A stretch of 64,000 nucleotides of DNA. It comes from Macrostomum hystrix (taxonomy: Eukaryota; Animalia; Platyhelminthes). Positions 1-12,256 of this stretch are shown here, one piece after another; position 1 is the first letter of the stretch, and every line of letters starts with the position of its first letter. Position numbers and translations under genes: made by a program. The DNA lies in contig CATNEN010000001.1 in NCBI GenBank assembly GCA_950097015.1, positions 3,968,001-4,032,000 on the forward strand, written 5' to 3'. The notes under the pieces are model-generated. The model was given only the letters and a program-made list of their open reading frames with translations, did not search any database and was not told where the DNA came from.

Positions 1-1075
1 TCTTCAATATCTTCAGGTGCTCTTATTCTCCATTGTAATATTCTTTCATCTTCCTCTTCTTTTTCTTCTTCTTCTTCTATCACAATTTCTTCTGTTCTTT
101 TCTTGTCCTTGACTTTTGTCTTCTGCTTATCAATCTTCCCTCTCTTAATTTTTTGGCTCTGTATTTTCTTCTTAATTCTTCGGATGTCTTCTTTTTTCCA
201 AACTATCAGGTCCTTATAGAGGGATCTTCATGTTGAGCTATTGTCAACTGTTTCTTCTTTAACGGGACATTGAGATAGTCGGTCAGAAATTTCCGATACA
301 TGGCCTAATCTCTGGCACATTTTCCTCACTTTTCTCTCGAGAGCTCAACTTCTTTTCACACTTATCAGTCAGGGAAGTCTGGCAGCTCTAATGCACAAGG
401 CTGAGGCCGCATTAAGACTACTGTTTCTGATATTTTTTTCTCTTCGAACGACTTACTGACTTCACTTCTTTCTCCTGAAACATTAACTTTTGATCTCCTT
501 TCTTTTGAAATAATCAGCTGGCATCGAGTCGGATTAGTTACAGAAGTCTGACATCTCCTTTCGTTGTTTATCCTAAATTTTACTTTGCTTGTTATTTATG
601 TGAGTAGGCATAATCGTTTATCTTTCTGCGGTTGCGTGTTTTTAGCATAATAATTTGCATTTTAACTTGTTTATATTTTTATTGCTTTTGTTTCTTTTCT
701 TTATAGCATGTTTACACAGTTTATATACACAAAGCATTTCTATACACTATTTACAAATTCAGCTTCATCCTTCACAGTTCCTGTCGGACACCTTCATTTA
801 TTCTCAGAGCGTTTCAGGATGACTCTGCACACATGGTAACCTGGTCTTTTGTCCTCTTGTTCTTTGCTGATTCTGCTTTTTATTTCTGTTGATGTTCCGG
901 GTGTACCACATTGGTAGCACCTGTTGAACATGTGGAAATTGTCCTTCGTTATGGTCTCATGATTCCTTTTTCCTCTTCCAGCTGATCTATTCTCAGTTGT
1001 TTGTTTTCCAAACAATGAGGGATGAGCTGGCTGCTGGTTCATCAGCACTGCCATAATCAACATTATAATCGACAT
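1..1075 (-). pseudogene. Degraded K/E-rich ORF with zinc-knuckle-like remnants (gag-like?), runs off the window edge
   Basis: ORF 794-1075 contains RCYQCGTPG, which continues as H after a 1-nt shift. A second MCQRLGH-like segment lies near 300-325, followed by K/E-rich coding-like sequence at 1-200. Frames are broken. Confidence 0.3.
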
Positions 1076-1119
1076 CTTAACTGCTTTTCACTCTGTTTTA
1101 ATCGCTGCTTCTCTAATCC

Positions 1120-2018
1120 TTTCCGCTGCCACCAAAGTTGTACCAGGGCTTTACTTAACAACTGGCTTTTATAAGAAAATCCCACCGCTGTTATCAAAGT
1201 TGTTGCAGGGCAATATTATTAAATTTAACTTTAAATTTTAAATTTAAATTAAAATTTAAATTTAAATTTAAATTTAAATTAAATTTATTCAATCGCTGAC
1301 ACGCTGACACCGAAGTTGTTACAGGTGGAAATTAACTATCCCACCGCTGTTATCAAAGTTGTGGTAGGCGTGCTTTCTTCTTTTTACTTAAATTCTACTG
1401 AATGCCACCAAGGTTGTACTGGGGCTATTTTAATAATTTCACTGCTGTTAACTCAATTTAAAAGATATTTTTAAATGGCGGTCCTTAAATGGGCCGTTTT
1501 AGCTTCTCAAATGGTAGCGTATGTATTCGCACGAGCGGTAACTAGGCAACTGTACACGTTTCCAGTCAATTAGGCGTCCCCGAGATTAGAGTTTAGCAGT
1601 TTCTCTTCTGTAATATTCTTAGTATAATTTCTGAGTATAATTCTGATTAGATCTCTCACTGCTATTTCTTCTTAAAATGAATAACACAATGCACACAATT
1701 ACCTTCGGAAATTAGCTTTTTTAACACACTTAAAAGTTCTATTTATAAACACACTAAAACTCCTTCAATTTCAACTTCAATTCTTTAAACACTTCAAATT
1801 ATCTCAACCTTTAAACTCACTCTTTAAACTCTCTTGAAAACACTTCAAACTTATGAAAACCTTGAAATCTCTTAAAACCTGACAAACTTTACAAAACTTA
1901 CTTCAACACACACTGACAACGTACAACTGACAGCTTTATTTTTCTCTCTGAAAACTCGCCGCTATTTATACACAGGGAATTTAGCGTTTGTTTTAATTCG
2001 CATATTTTACATAATATT
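1120..2018. repeat. Dispersed repeat module A, copy 1 (continues at 8231-~8410 beyond the LINE insertion)
   Basis: Colinear similarity with 10640-11640, e.g. GGCGGTCCTTAAATGGGCCGTTTTA and TTAGGCGTCCCCGAGATTAGAGTTTAGCAG. Contains several CCACCAAAGTTGT-like motifs. Confidence 0.85.
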
Positions 2019-2134
2019 GACTTACTTGACTTAGCGGCAGGGGGCCTCCATGACGGACGCAGCGAGGAGGCGGCTGGTGCCGCCCATATCGCTAACCCCT
2101 GGCAGCCAGACGGCCTCCAGCGAGGCGGTGCCGC

Positions 2135-5100
2135 TCAGGGTGGTCCGTCGGTCGGTTCCGCCGCGCGATCTTCCTCGCCATAGGCTGGGAAGAAATCAGC
2201 TCGGCCGGTATCCCCGAGGAAGTGGGCGAGCTGTGGGATGTTCTCGGGCGAGCAGGCTTCGGCAAGAGTCGGTGCCGGCCCGAGATGCTTTAGCCTAGCC
2301 CGGGTGAAGGCCGGGCAGTGGCAGATGAAATGTTCGGCGTTTTCACGTCCGGAGCAGCAGAAGGGACACGTTTCCTCAGGCACGTGGCCTTGGAGGTAGC
2401 GGTGTCTGGTGAAGCAGCCATGTCCCGAAAGGGCCATGGTGACTGCTCTCAGGTCTCTGCGGTTTAGCCTGAGTAAGGCCTTACGCAGGTTACTAGAGGG
2501 GGTTGGCACCGCAGCCCTGGACTGGCGACAGTTCAGGGTGCTGGACCACCTCCTCCGATGTTGGGTCTCCATCCAGCGGTTGATGCTGGAGTTGACAACA
2601 GAGGCGGGGATCGGGGATTCCGGGCCCGGGCCCATCAGGGAGCCGGCTGCTCCAGCCTTTGCAAGCTGGTCCGCCATCTCATTCCCTGTGAACCCGGCAT
2701 GCCCAGGGATCCACATCAGCTCCACCTTATTAGACTGCGCCAACCCGTTTAACTGGGTGTTGCAGTCCAAGGTGGTTCTGGAGCGAGAGGTGCAGCGGCT
2801 GAGGGCCTTGAGGGCTGCTTGACTGTCGGAGTGAAAAAAGATCCTCCGACCAGCCAGCTGCCTCTGGCGCAGCTCAGCCGCACAGAAGCTGATGGCGAGC
2901 ACTTCGTTTTGGAAAACGCTAGAGCTCTTGCCACAGTATTGGGAGTGGGTCCAGAGGACCTCACCACCCGAGGCGACGCACACTCCGAATCCCGATTTAC
3001 CGTTCATCAGAGAGCCGTCAGTGTAACAGTGGACTGCCGGGTCATCCCAGCAGTCCTTTACCTCATTACGAGGGGAGATGCTGACTTTGTACCTGTGGCT
3101 CCGGAGTAAAGTGGCCGGGGCCCCGTCCGAAAGGATGGTGAGCCCTCCGCACTCGCCCAGAGTTTTCAGGCAGAGGTCAGAGTGAGGCAGAAGGGAGCGC
3201 TTCGAGAAGGCTCGCGAATTCTGGAAGTAGACACCCGCATCAAGAAGACGACGGGTGGACTTTGCTGCTTCCCCCTTGACGAAAATGTCAATGGGTGTAG
3301 CGTTGAGGAAAGCATTCATGCCTTCGAAGGGAGTGGAGGGTGGGGCGCCCAGCGTCATACGACAGGCTCTGCCCTGCACCCTATAAAGCGCCTCCAGGTT
3401 TTTCTGATGAGGCCAGCGTAAGCGACGGACGGTCTAATGATCGCCGTGTAAATCCACCAAAGGTTCTTGGGGGTTAGCCCCCAGGTGGTGCCCACGGCAC
3501 GCCTGACTTGCGCCAGTATGGCCAGGGCCCTCTTGGCCTTTGTGGTGATGTGTGGGGTCCAGTTAAGCCTATGGTCTAGCACGAGACCAAGGCACCGGAC
3601 CTGCTTTTCCATGGCAATATTCTTGCCATAGAGAGTCAGAGGCTTAATGGTCCAGAGCAGTTTGCTGGTAAACATAACCGCGACGGTCTTGGACTCAGAG
3701 AGTCGGAGCCCGCATTGGTCCGCCCAGCGCACCGCCCTGTTGATAAAGCCCTGAATGAGGTCCCTGGTGGTTTCCGCCGAGGGGCCCGCGCAGATGGCGG
3801 TCACATCGTCGGCATATCCCACCTTCAGGACTGGGTCTGGACGAGTGCTTTTCAGCAGCTCATCCATGACGAGATTCCACAGCAGTGGGGTGAGGACGCC
3901 GCCTTGGGGCCCTCCTTTTAGGACAGGTGCCGAGAGCACCCTGCCTTCGAGGTGGGCCACCACGTGGCGATTCCGGATCATGTACATGACCCAGCGAACG
4001 AGGTGGGGGTGAGTGGCCCTGGAAACCAGGGCCTTCTCAAAGGCTTCGAAAACAACGTTATCGAAGGCCCCCTCAATATCAAGGAAGACAGCCAGGGCAA
4101 AACCGCTGCCCAGTACTGCCTTCTCTAGAGTCTCCACGATGCAGTGGAGGGCGCTCTCCGTGGACCGGCCCGCCCGAAAGGCGTGCTGGTTTGGCGAGAG
4201 CGGGGCCCGCCCTAGCTCTACAGTAAGAAGGCGCCAGAGCACCAGTCTTTCCATGAGCTTGAGGCAGGTGGAAGTCAAACTTATCGGGCGATAAGACTTG
4301 ACCGAGCGATAGTCGCCTTTGGCGGGCTTCGGGATGAAGACGACCCGGGCTTCGTGCCACAGCGCTGGTACGTAGCCCAGCACGATGCAGGCCCGTAGAA
4401 GTCTGCAGAGGAGATGGAGGAAGCGGCCATTTTTGACCGCTTCATGCAAAAAGGCCGGATAAATACCATCTGGCCCAGGTGCTTTGAAAGGGTTGAATGA
4501 CTTTGCCGCGCGAACGATGCGGTCATTCGTGACGAGTGACTGAGCCAGGCCCTGACCTCCACGTGAGTGGTCGTCTGGGCCAAAGTGCGCCGGTACACTC
4601 GGGAAGAAATGCCCTAGCATAAGCTCGAGCGTTTCCTCCGGGCGCTCCGTGATCGAGCCGTCTGGCTTTTTGATCGATGAGAGCTTGGAGAAGCGGTCGT
4701 TGGTGAGCGCCTTTACCACGCGGGCCGTGGGCCGCGAGCCCTCAAGCCCTTCGCAGTATTGTCGCCATTTGTCCGCTTTTGCCCTTCTGACCCGGCCCTT
4801 AAACTCATGGATGGCGCGAGTGTAGGCCTCTTTGTCATCAGGGTCGTGCGAGGTTTTCAGCTTCCTCTGGAGAGCCTTAGCTCGGCGTCTCAGGACTCCG
4901 AGCTCGGGGTTCCACCAGGGGGCCGATTTTTTGCCTTTGTAGGCTTTGAGCGGGCAAGCCATTTCGTAGGCCTCTGTGATGGCGCCGCCCAGCAGGGCAG
5001 CCACTCCATCTAGGTCCTGCGTGGTTGCCATGGCCATGGAGGGGTCGGAATCCCGAAGGCCCTCATGCAGCTTTTGGCTGAACGCGGGCCAGTCGGTGTT

Positions 5101-5817
5101 TCTGACATTACGCCTCCAAATAGGCTTTTGCTTCTTATCGGGGGTACCGATGTTGAAGCGAATGAAACGACGGTCCGAGAGCGAGCTTTCGGTCTCCCAT
5201 ACCTCCCACCCCAGCACCCTTGGGAGGATGCCGGGTGAGGCCAGGGTGACGTCAAGCACCTCAGCCCACCGCCCATTGTCGAAAGTGGGCGTGTTGCCCA
5301 CATTACAGAAGTTAAGAGGCGTGCCGCTGACGAAGGCCAGGAGCTCTTCGCCGCGGTCATTGATTTTTGAGCTACCCCAGTGGGTGTGATGCGAGTTTGC
5401 ATCTCCCGCGAGGAGCAGCTCGAAGTTTCGTGCCCTGGCGAAATCACAGAGGGCGACGAGGGTATCGCTGACCACGGGGGCGTCGCCTGCCAGGTAGGCG
5501 GATGCCACGAGGGTCAACTTGTTAGGCACAATGTGTGCAGATTGGATGACGCAGATGTCCCCGTTAGAGAGATCGGGTCTCATTCACGCATTTAAGGCTT
5601 TTGCGGCATAGATCAGTGATCTAGGGCGGACAGAGTCTGCCATGCAGAAGCAGTCATAGCCAGCAGGAATGTTGCTTGGCTTGTTCTTTGATAACCAGGG
5701 CTCCTGCACAAGTACAAGGCCCGGCATCATGCGCTCTGTCGTGCGCATCAGATTTACTGATGCTGCCACGCAGTGCTGGGTGTTAACTTGCAGACATGAT
5801 ATTCCGGGGATCATCAT
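2135..5817 (-). pseudogene. LINE ORF2: AP endonuclease, reverse transcriptase, RNase H and C-terminal CCHC, disrupted
   Basis: APE motifs LVQEPW, GDANSHH, SDRR. RT motifs KAPGPDG, YRPISL, FLDIEGAFD, GPQGG, YADD. RNase H motifs YTDGS, SDSQAAL, WIPGH..GNE.AD. C-terminal CPFC..EHF..HC. In-frame TGA at 5584-5586 and a frameshift near 3380-3410. Confidence 0.95.
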
Positions 5818-5829
5818 GCAGGCAGAGGT

Positions 5830-7368
5830 CTACTTGGAGGGGGACTCAGCCAGAAGGCGGTCCTCCTCCTCCAAGTCGATGTCGGTAGCCATGGGCTCCT
5901 CCGTGCCCAGGCCCCGAGCCAGAGGCGGGAACTCGACGGGGTCAGCCGCCCAGTCCCCACCCCCGGCCCCAGGCCCAGAGTCGCCCGCAACCGGAGCCGA
6001 CACCGCTCCCTGGGCCGTGGGAGGGGCGCTCGAAGGGCCCTGCTCGATGGAGCTGGGCACCTTAGAGGCCTCCCCCGTAGCCCTTGGTTGCGGCGCCCGC
6101 CCCGGTGGGCCACCGCGCATCTCAGCGCGCAGCTGGGCCATCTTGGCGGTTCGCACCACCTCGGAGGCCCGCTGGAGAAGGCCCTGGCGCTTTGTGATGC
6201 GCGCGGGGCGACGCTCAGAGCTGCCAGCGATGGCACGCTCTGGCCTTTTTTGGCGAGGCGACTGGGCCCTGCCCCCAGTCCCAGCCTTGGGGTCCGAGGA
6301 CCCTTCATTGGCCGACACGGTGGTGGGCCCGGTCTGACCCCGGGTTTTGTCGGCATCGTAGGCGAAGATTTTGGTCTTCCACAGACCGATGCAGACGTTT
6401 GCGCCATCTGGGTAACGGCGTGTCCATTGCTCGGACAGGCCCAGAATGGCGGTGAAGCCGGTGCCGTCAGGGCGCAGGATCGTGCGGTACACGATTAGGC
6501 CCGCTGTCGGAAGCTCCCGGTTCATCGCGATGAGGCCCATGCGGAGGTCCTCAGCGCTAGTAACGACGCTTTTCGCCGGGACGAAAATGCGATGTCTTTT
6601 TGTCTGCGGCGGCTCGTTCTCCCGGAGGAAAGCGAGGTCGGCCGCCCAGATCTGCGTGGGCAGCAGCTCCAGGAGCCGCCGCCCTGACTCCGCATCTCCG
6701 GGCCAGACAACAAAAAACGAGTCCCTGGTAGCACTCGCACCGACCGCCAGGGGCTCGCCTTTCAGTTGTAGTTGCCACAGCATAGCGTCTATGCTGCGGC
6801 AGATGTCGCTGAGCCGCTCGCCGCTCAGCCGCTTGCCATCCTTGCCCGCGACCACGATGGCAGGTTGCCTGCGCGCGATGGTGGCGTAGGTGGCCCGTGG
6901 TCCCGGGCCCTTTCCTGCCGCGTCCCCACTCTCGGGATTTGCGTCGGCGGTGGGCACGGGGCCCTCCGCCTCCACTCCTCCTTCAAGCCGAGCCGCCGGC
7001 CGGATGGGCGCCGGGACCTCCTTGGCCCGCGACCCTGGCCTCGGGGCGTCGTGGGCCCCGCCCTGGGCAGGGGCCTGGGCAGGAGGCACGGGGCCCCCCA
7101 CCCTAGCCCCCGCCCTAGGCAGAGCCCCTTCGGCCCCTTTGGCCTGGGCCCGGTCCACGGTCGACGAAGCTGGCTTGCCTTGGGCCAGCAGGCGCCTACG
7201 GCGTTTCGCCGCTCCAGATGTCGTGGAGCGCTTTGTGCTCCGATCGCCGCGCGAGATGGGCATCGCGGCATTTGTGGCGGTCGCAGGGGCAAGCCCGGGC
7301 GCCGCAGCGTTTGTGACCTTGGGCACCGTGGTGCCCTCGGCCGTAGTAGAAGGTTGGCTGGAAGCCAT
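5830..7368 (-). CDS. LINE ORF1 (gag-like, 512 aa, no CCHC knuckle seen)
   Basis: Long open frame immediately upstream of ORF2. Basic N-terminus (AAKRRRR) and a central globular region after TYATIA. Confidence 0.85.
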   Translation of the reverse strand: MASSQPSTTAEGTTVPKVTNAAAPGLAPATATNAAMPISRGDRSTKRSTTSGAAKRRRRLLAQGKPASSTVDRAQAKGAEGALPRAGARVGGPVPPAQAPAQGGAHDAPRPGSRAKEVPAPIRPAARLEGGVEAEGPVPTADANPESGDAAGKGPGPRATYATIARRQPAIVVAGKDGKRLSGERLSDICRSIDAMLWQLQLKGEPLAVGASATRDSFFVVWPGDAESGRRLLELLPTQIWAADLAFLRENEPPQTKRHRIFVPAKSVVTSAEDLRMGLIAMNRELPTAGLIVYRTILRPDGTGFTAILGLSEQWTRRYPDGANVCIGLWKTKIFAYDADKTRGQTGPTTVSANEGSSDPKAGTGGRAQSPRQKRPERAIAGSSERRPARITKRQGLLQRASEVVRTAKMAQLRAEMRGGPPGRAPQPRATGEASKVPSSIEQGPSSAPPTAQGAVSAPVAGDSGPGAGGGDWAADPVEFPPLARGLGTEEPMATDIDLEEEDRLLAESPSK

Positions 7369-7599
7369 TGCAGCTGCAAAGAGAAAATGGGGCTTCCTGT
7401 AGACACAGGCAGAAAAAACCCGCTCAGCCGCGATCCCAAAGCTGAGCGGGGGCAGCCAAAAAAGACAAGTTACAACCCGGGGTGGGATGCCAGGACCACC
7501 GGGAGGAACCGTAAGAGACCAGACTACTCCCTGGCCAAGCGTCCATCAGCACGGTCAACACTGGGACATTGGAGGGCGCCATTGAGCCAGCGCCGAGGC

Positions 7600-7962
7600 C
7601 TGCGGACTGGCCGCATACCCTGTTGAGGTCAAAGGGTGACACCTATCCCTCAGAGCCGTAGCCAGAGGTACCTGATCACGCACAGGTGCACGAACGCTGC
7701 GGACTGGCCGCATACCCTGTTGAGGTCAAAGGGTGACACCTCTCCCTCAGAGCCGTAGCCAGAGGTACCTGATCACGCACAGGTGCACGAACGCTGCGGA
7801 CTGGCCGCATACCCTGTTAAGGTCAAAGGGTGGCACCCTTTCCTCAGAGCCGTAGCCAGAGGTACCTGATGACGCACAGGTGCACGAAGCTGCGGAAAGG
7901 CCGCATACCCTGTTAAGGTCAAAGGGTGACACCTTTTCCTCCAGCCGGGGCTAGAGGTACCC
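7600..7962. repeat. ~3.7 copies of a 96-97-bp tandem unit in the LINE 5' UTR
   Basis: CTGCGG...CCGCATACCCTG units start at 7600, 7697, 7794 and 7890. Confidence 0.95.
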
Positions 7963-8617
7963 AGTTTGGCCGGAGGCCCTGGATGGGTCATCCAGCGCTG
8001 TTGCCCATTCTGTCCGGCTGCCCTAGGGTCAGCCTTGAACACTCGCGGGACGTGTACCCATGGGTCAGCTGACGGGACAGCGTGGAGGAATTCCTGCGCC
8101 CGAAGGGCACAGGTCTCCTTCCTGCCAAGCCTGCTCAAGAAACGACTGCAGGTGTGAGGCATCGCAGACCATAGCCCGTGGGCCTGGACTGACTCATACC
8201 TCACAGGCACTGTGTCCCGCCGGTGCGAGCTTACATAATATTATTAACATGATGAAAAGTAAAACAAAATTATTTTCATACAACATTACTTTTAATACGG
8301 TACAAAGATTAACAAAAGATATTTTTGGCGCGTTTTTGATTTTTATTTATTTTTTACGATTTTATAATAAGAGCAAGAACGTATATACATAATGAAATGG
8401 CTAAAACACTGTCACAATTCTGATCTCGTTCGACCCCTTCTTCTTTCAACCCTTTCTCTCTTCAATTAACTTTTTTATCATTCATTCCTTCCAAGGGCCA
8501 TAATTGTCTACTTGTCTTGAAAGTCCTTCACTCACTATTGTTTCTCTTTCCCACTCCTTGCTTCACCATTTATGTGGAACACCTTGATCAGAAAGAAAAA
8601 ATGATGCAGCGGCCTAC

Positions 8618-9447
8618 CGCAAACAGTCTGTGTCCACCAGGAAACATGCGTCGGATGGCAGGGAGCAGAGTTTTGCTGAGAATTTCTTCAACGTAGAATT
8701 CTGCAGTCATGCACCCTCCGAAGACAAGAAGCTCAGTAGCTCCTCTGCGGCTGATTCCAGCCCAAACATGGACCTGGAAATTGAGTTTAGTAAGTTGTCT
8801 TACTAAATATAGCTATCAGCAATGCTAACTTGCAATCAATTTGCTGTTTGAAGTGTTGAATGATGTTACGATAGATTTGATAAAAAGAACAGCTTACCTT
8901 CAGGGGATGCTTTGGTTGACAACATTTCGGCCTGGGGGCATTCAAGCGCCTGAAGGCAATCTGATGTGTCTTTCTGGACATGGCAACTGAACACTAATCA
9001 GTGAAAATGGCGTCATGAAACTGATCACCGGTTTCAAGCATCGCCAAGCTCCACAGGCATCTGACAGCCTGATTCTTGGCCTTGATTAGCTGGCAATACT
9101 GAGTGGTCGTCTTGACCCACCCCAGAATGCGCCGAATCTTCTTCACTGTGGAGAGGCTGAGACTCAGGTTAAATTTCACCTTCACTTGGTTGCGGAGATC
9201 TCAAGCCGAAATTTTTCTTTCAGTCTTGGATTATGTTGTCAATGAACACCGCATGCCGCAGCGCCCAAAGTCGGCAAGGCTTTTTTCGATTGTCAGCCTT
9301 CCGCAAGCAACTGAAAAGCACTCTCTTGACTGTTTTTGGCAAAATGCTTAATGCTTCCGAAATGGACTTCACACTCTGCTTCCTCTCAAAATAGAGCTTT
9401 AAAATTTCTGCCTTCTGACTATCTGTGACATGGCAGCCTCTTTTCAT
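8618..9447 (-). pseudogene. Intron-containing Tc1/IS630-family transposase relic
   Basis: N-terminal HTH-like segments, then AIFTD* (FTDE with E changed to TAG at 8994-8996). KHPLK|VHVWAGISRRGAT is joined by a GT-AG intron at 8774-8897. The exon ends FPGGHRLFA at a second donor (8617); the DNDPKH exon was not found. Confidence 0.85.
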
Positions 9448-10639
9448 AGCTAGAGTTACAATAAAAGACTATTTAATAATGTAGCAATTACACTTGGAAA
9501 GTTGAATAGGGATATCGGTGTCTGGTTATAGTGAGCATTCACTATATACATGTAGCTCAAAGCAAAGAGAGTAGTATGCTGATGACATTTTGAGGGCAAC
9601 CCTCAAAAGTTTCCCCCGCGGGCTCAGCCAATAGGAACACATTTCACACAATTTTCTACGGAATTCCGCGGCCATTCCGCGGAAATTTGGAATCATTCCG
9701 TTGACCCAACTGTATATTGTCCAAATAATTAAAAAGTTGAGGAGTAAAAGTAACATTTCGGCTTGCACCTTGAAGTCACCAATGAAGCTAATCTCATCAA
9801 CATTTAAATTCGTACATCAAAGTTGCTCACCGCAAATGAGTAGCGCAGTTGCAGTGATCCTTGATTATTCGATGTTTGAATGCCGAAAGCCCCTGCCTTT
9901 AGTGCATTTTCTGTAGGTGTCAAGGCGATCAGGAGACAGAATCAGTCCACCGCCCTCTAATTGATCTACGCGCACACGTTTTAGGTTTTTGAGCAGCCAC
10001 GTGTAGCACAGAGTGCAGCGCAAAATCGCAGGTGCACCGACGCTGCTGGCGGTACCTTCTTCTTTGCGTTGGCCTTCAATTAGTGTCAGGAAGCTGCACT
10101 GCAATCGTTATGGTTTTGTTACGGACCTTTCGGTTACGTTACGGTAATTAATTATCTTAGATCACAAGCTGTTCCGTCGTTTTAAATTTAAAGGTTAAAG
10201 CATACCATGAAAATGTGCAGAAAAGTATATAGTATATAGTACTAGGACCACTACTTGCCGTTGCACTGTTATTATTTTCATAATTATCAATCACAACAAT
10301 TGAGTCTTCAGCTTCAGTTAGATCATTTGGGTCAATATCTAGGTCCATATTTTACATTTATTGTCTGTTGTCAGTATCAGTACCTGAAAAATGTAGTAAC
10401 TAGAATAAAAACGAAAGTTTCAATATGTATAAGATTAAGATAAAGTAGGATTATTAAAATTAAATAGAATATATTTTGAATATCATTTAAATTTGACTTA
10501 AACAAATTAATTTGTAGCCTAATTTTTATAATCATAAGTAAGTATCTATTCTTTTTGACAATGCTTGAAATATAAAATATTATGATATGTCTATGAAGTT
10601 TCTAACTGTTATAGGCCTATTTTATAATATTTGAGATCC

Positions 10640-11640
10640 CTACTGAATGTCACCAAAGTTGTTATAGGTGGAAATAAACTATCCCACCGCTGTCACCAAA
10701 GTTGTTATAGGGCTAATTTCTCTGTTATGAATTTATTCCAATGATGCCACCAAAGTTGTACCAGGTATTTACTTCTTAAGCTAATTAATTATCTAATTTC
10801 ACCGAATGCCACCAAAGTTGTTGCAGGGCAAAATTAATAATTAAGATCCCACCGCTGTTGCCTTAATTTAATAGATATTTAACTGGCGGTCCTTAAATGG
10901 GCCGTTTTAACTTCTCAAATGGTAGCGTATGAATTTGCACGAGCGCTATTTAGGCAACTGTATGCGTCTCCAGTCAATTAGGCGTCCCCGAGATTAGAGT
11001 TTAGCAGTTTCCCTTTTGTAATATTCTTAGTATAATTCTGAGTATAATTCTTAGTATAGTTCTGAGTATGGTTCTGAGTATAGTTCTGAGTATAGTTCTG
11101 AGTATAATTCTTAGTATAGTTCTGAGTATGGTTCTGAGTATAGTTCTGAGTATAGTTCTGAGTATAGTTCTGAGTATAGTTCTGAGTATAGTTCTGAGTA
11201 TATTTCTCACTACTATTTTCTCTTAAAATGAATAACACAATGTAACACTTCAAACTTCGAAATTTGCTTTGAAACACACACTTAACACTTTAAACTTTAC
11301 ACTTTACACAACTCACAACTTCAACTTCAACTTCAACTTCACTTTTACCTCACCTCAACTCAACTTAACTCAACTTTATTTTCTTGGTCAAAAATCGCAG
11401 CTATAAATATACAGTAAAACGTAGCGTTTGTTTAAAATTGAAACATTTTACATAATATTGTGCATACGGTACAAATTGAAACAAAATATTTATATACAGT
11501 ATTATTTTTGTTACGGTAAAAAGTTAAACTAATTGTTTTTGGCGCGTTTTTAATTTTTATATATTTTCTGGCATTTTATAGAAAACATATTTACAAAGAA
11601 ACGTATTTACAATAATGAAACGAAAACTAAAATACACTTA
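10640..11640. repeat. Dispersed repeat module A, copy 2 (LINE-free)
   Basis: Matches 1120-2018 joined to 8231-8410. Confidence 0.85.
11020..11203. repeat. 12-bp minisatellite (TATAGTTCTGAG)n, ~15 copies
   Basis: Read directly. Only ~3 copies at the paralogous position 1610-1646. Confidence 0.95.
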
Positions 11641-11702
11641 TAACTCGCCTTCTCTAAACTGAAAATTCGAATGAATAAAAGTGAGTGACAATTTTCAGAC
11701 AG

Positions 11703-12236
11703 TTAAAAAATACAAGGTGTGGGCAAATTTTTTAAATATGGATACCCTATTTGATTAAAAATCCACCTGAGTTCAATTGCAACTAATCGATGTTGGAATG
11801 GCCGGCTATCAGTTCTCCTTAGCTGTTGCAATTCCTCTCCAATAGACGTGAGAACCGTGCAGGCGTTCGGTTGTGACATCATTCCGCGCAGGGCCTTAAC
11901 TGCGGACCATACTTGAGCCCTTTGCGGTAGAGCTTCGTCCATTCGCAGGTAAGCGATCCTCACCAGGTAGCGGTTTATGGCAAATTTTAGCCGCTCCGCA
12001 TGATCTCCATAGATCATTATCACTTCGTGGCAGTTCTTCTCCGGTGGCGTTGGCGGTGTTGGCGGCGTTGGCGGCGTTGGCGGCGCTAGCGACGCGCCTG
12101 CTGGTCCTTGGGGCCGTTTCTGGTTAGGCCCCAGTAGAATTTGCCGAGTGCCCTTTGTTTCCGGCGTGGCCTTGACATGTTGTGGGACCGGCGCCGCTGA
12201 TTGTGTTGTTAATGTGGCCGTTCTTTTGGTCGTCAT
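11703..12236 (-). CDS. Orphan ~177-aa protein (Pro/Thr-rich N-terminus, helical-looking C-terminus)
   Basis: GC-rich open frame in an AT-rich context, with (PPT)4. No recognisable domain. Confidence 0.4.
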   Translation of the reverse strand: MTTKRTATLTTQSAAPVPQHVKATPETKGTRQILLGPNQKRPQGPAGASLAPPTPPTPPTPPTPPEKNCHEVIMIYGDHAERLKFAINRYLVRIAYLRMDEALPQRAQVWSAVKALRGMMSQPNACTVLTSIGEELQQLRRTDSRPFQHRLVAIELRWIFNQIGYPYLKNLPTPCIF

Positions 12237-12256
12237 AATATGGTCGTCACCAAACA

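Larger units (their letters stand above)
2019..8230 (-). mobile_element. Full-length non-LTR retrotransposon (APE-RT-RNase H; LOA/R1-group-like)
   Basis: GC-rich island with ORF1 and ORF2, and a 3' tail of TAAGTCAAG repeats. 12-bp TSD TTACATAATATT at 2007-2018 and 8231-8242. An empty paralogous site lies at ~11448-11460. Confidence 0.96.

Noticed and set aside
2050-8392. Many overlapping or antisense ORFs in the LINE
   Set aside because: Shadow frames of GC-rich ORF1/ORF2 and the UTR repeats.
9526-10348. Possible gene downstream of module A copy 2
   Set aside because: Short frames broken by stops with no recognisable domain, so no model can be supported.
10978-11277. TQNY/ILRT repeat proteins
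   Set aside because: Translation of the 12-bp minisatellite; the paralogous copy has only ~3 units.
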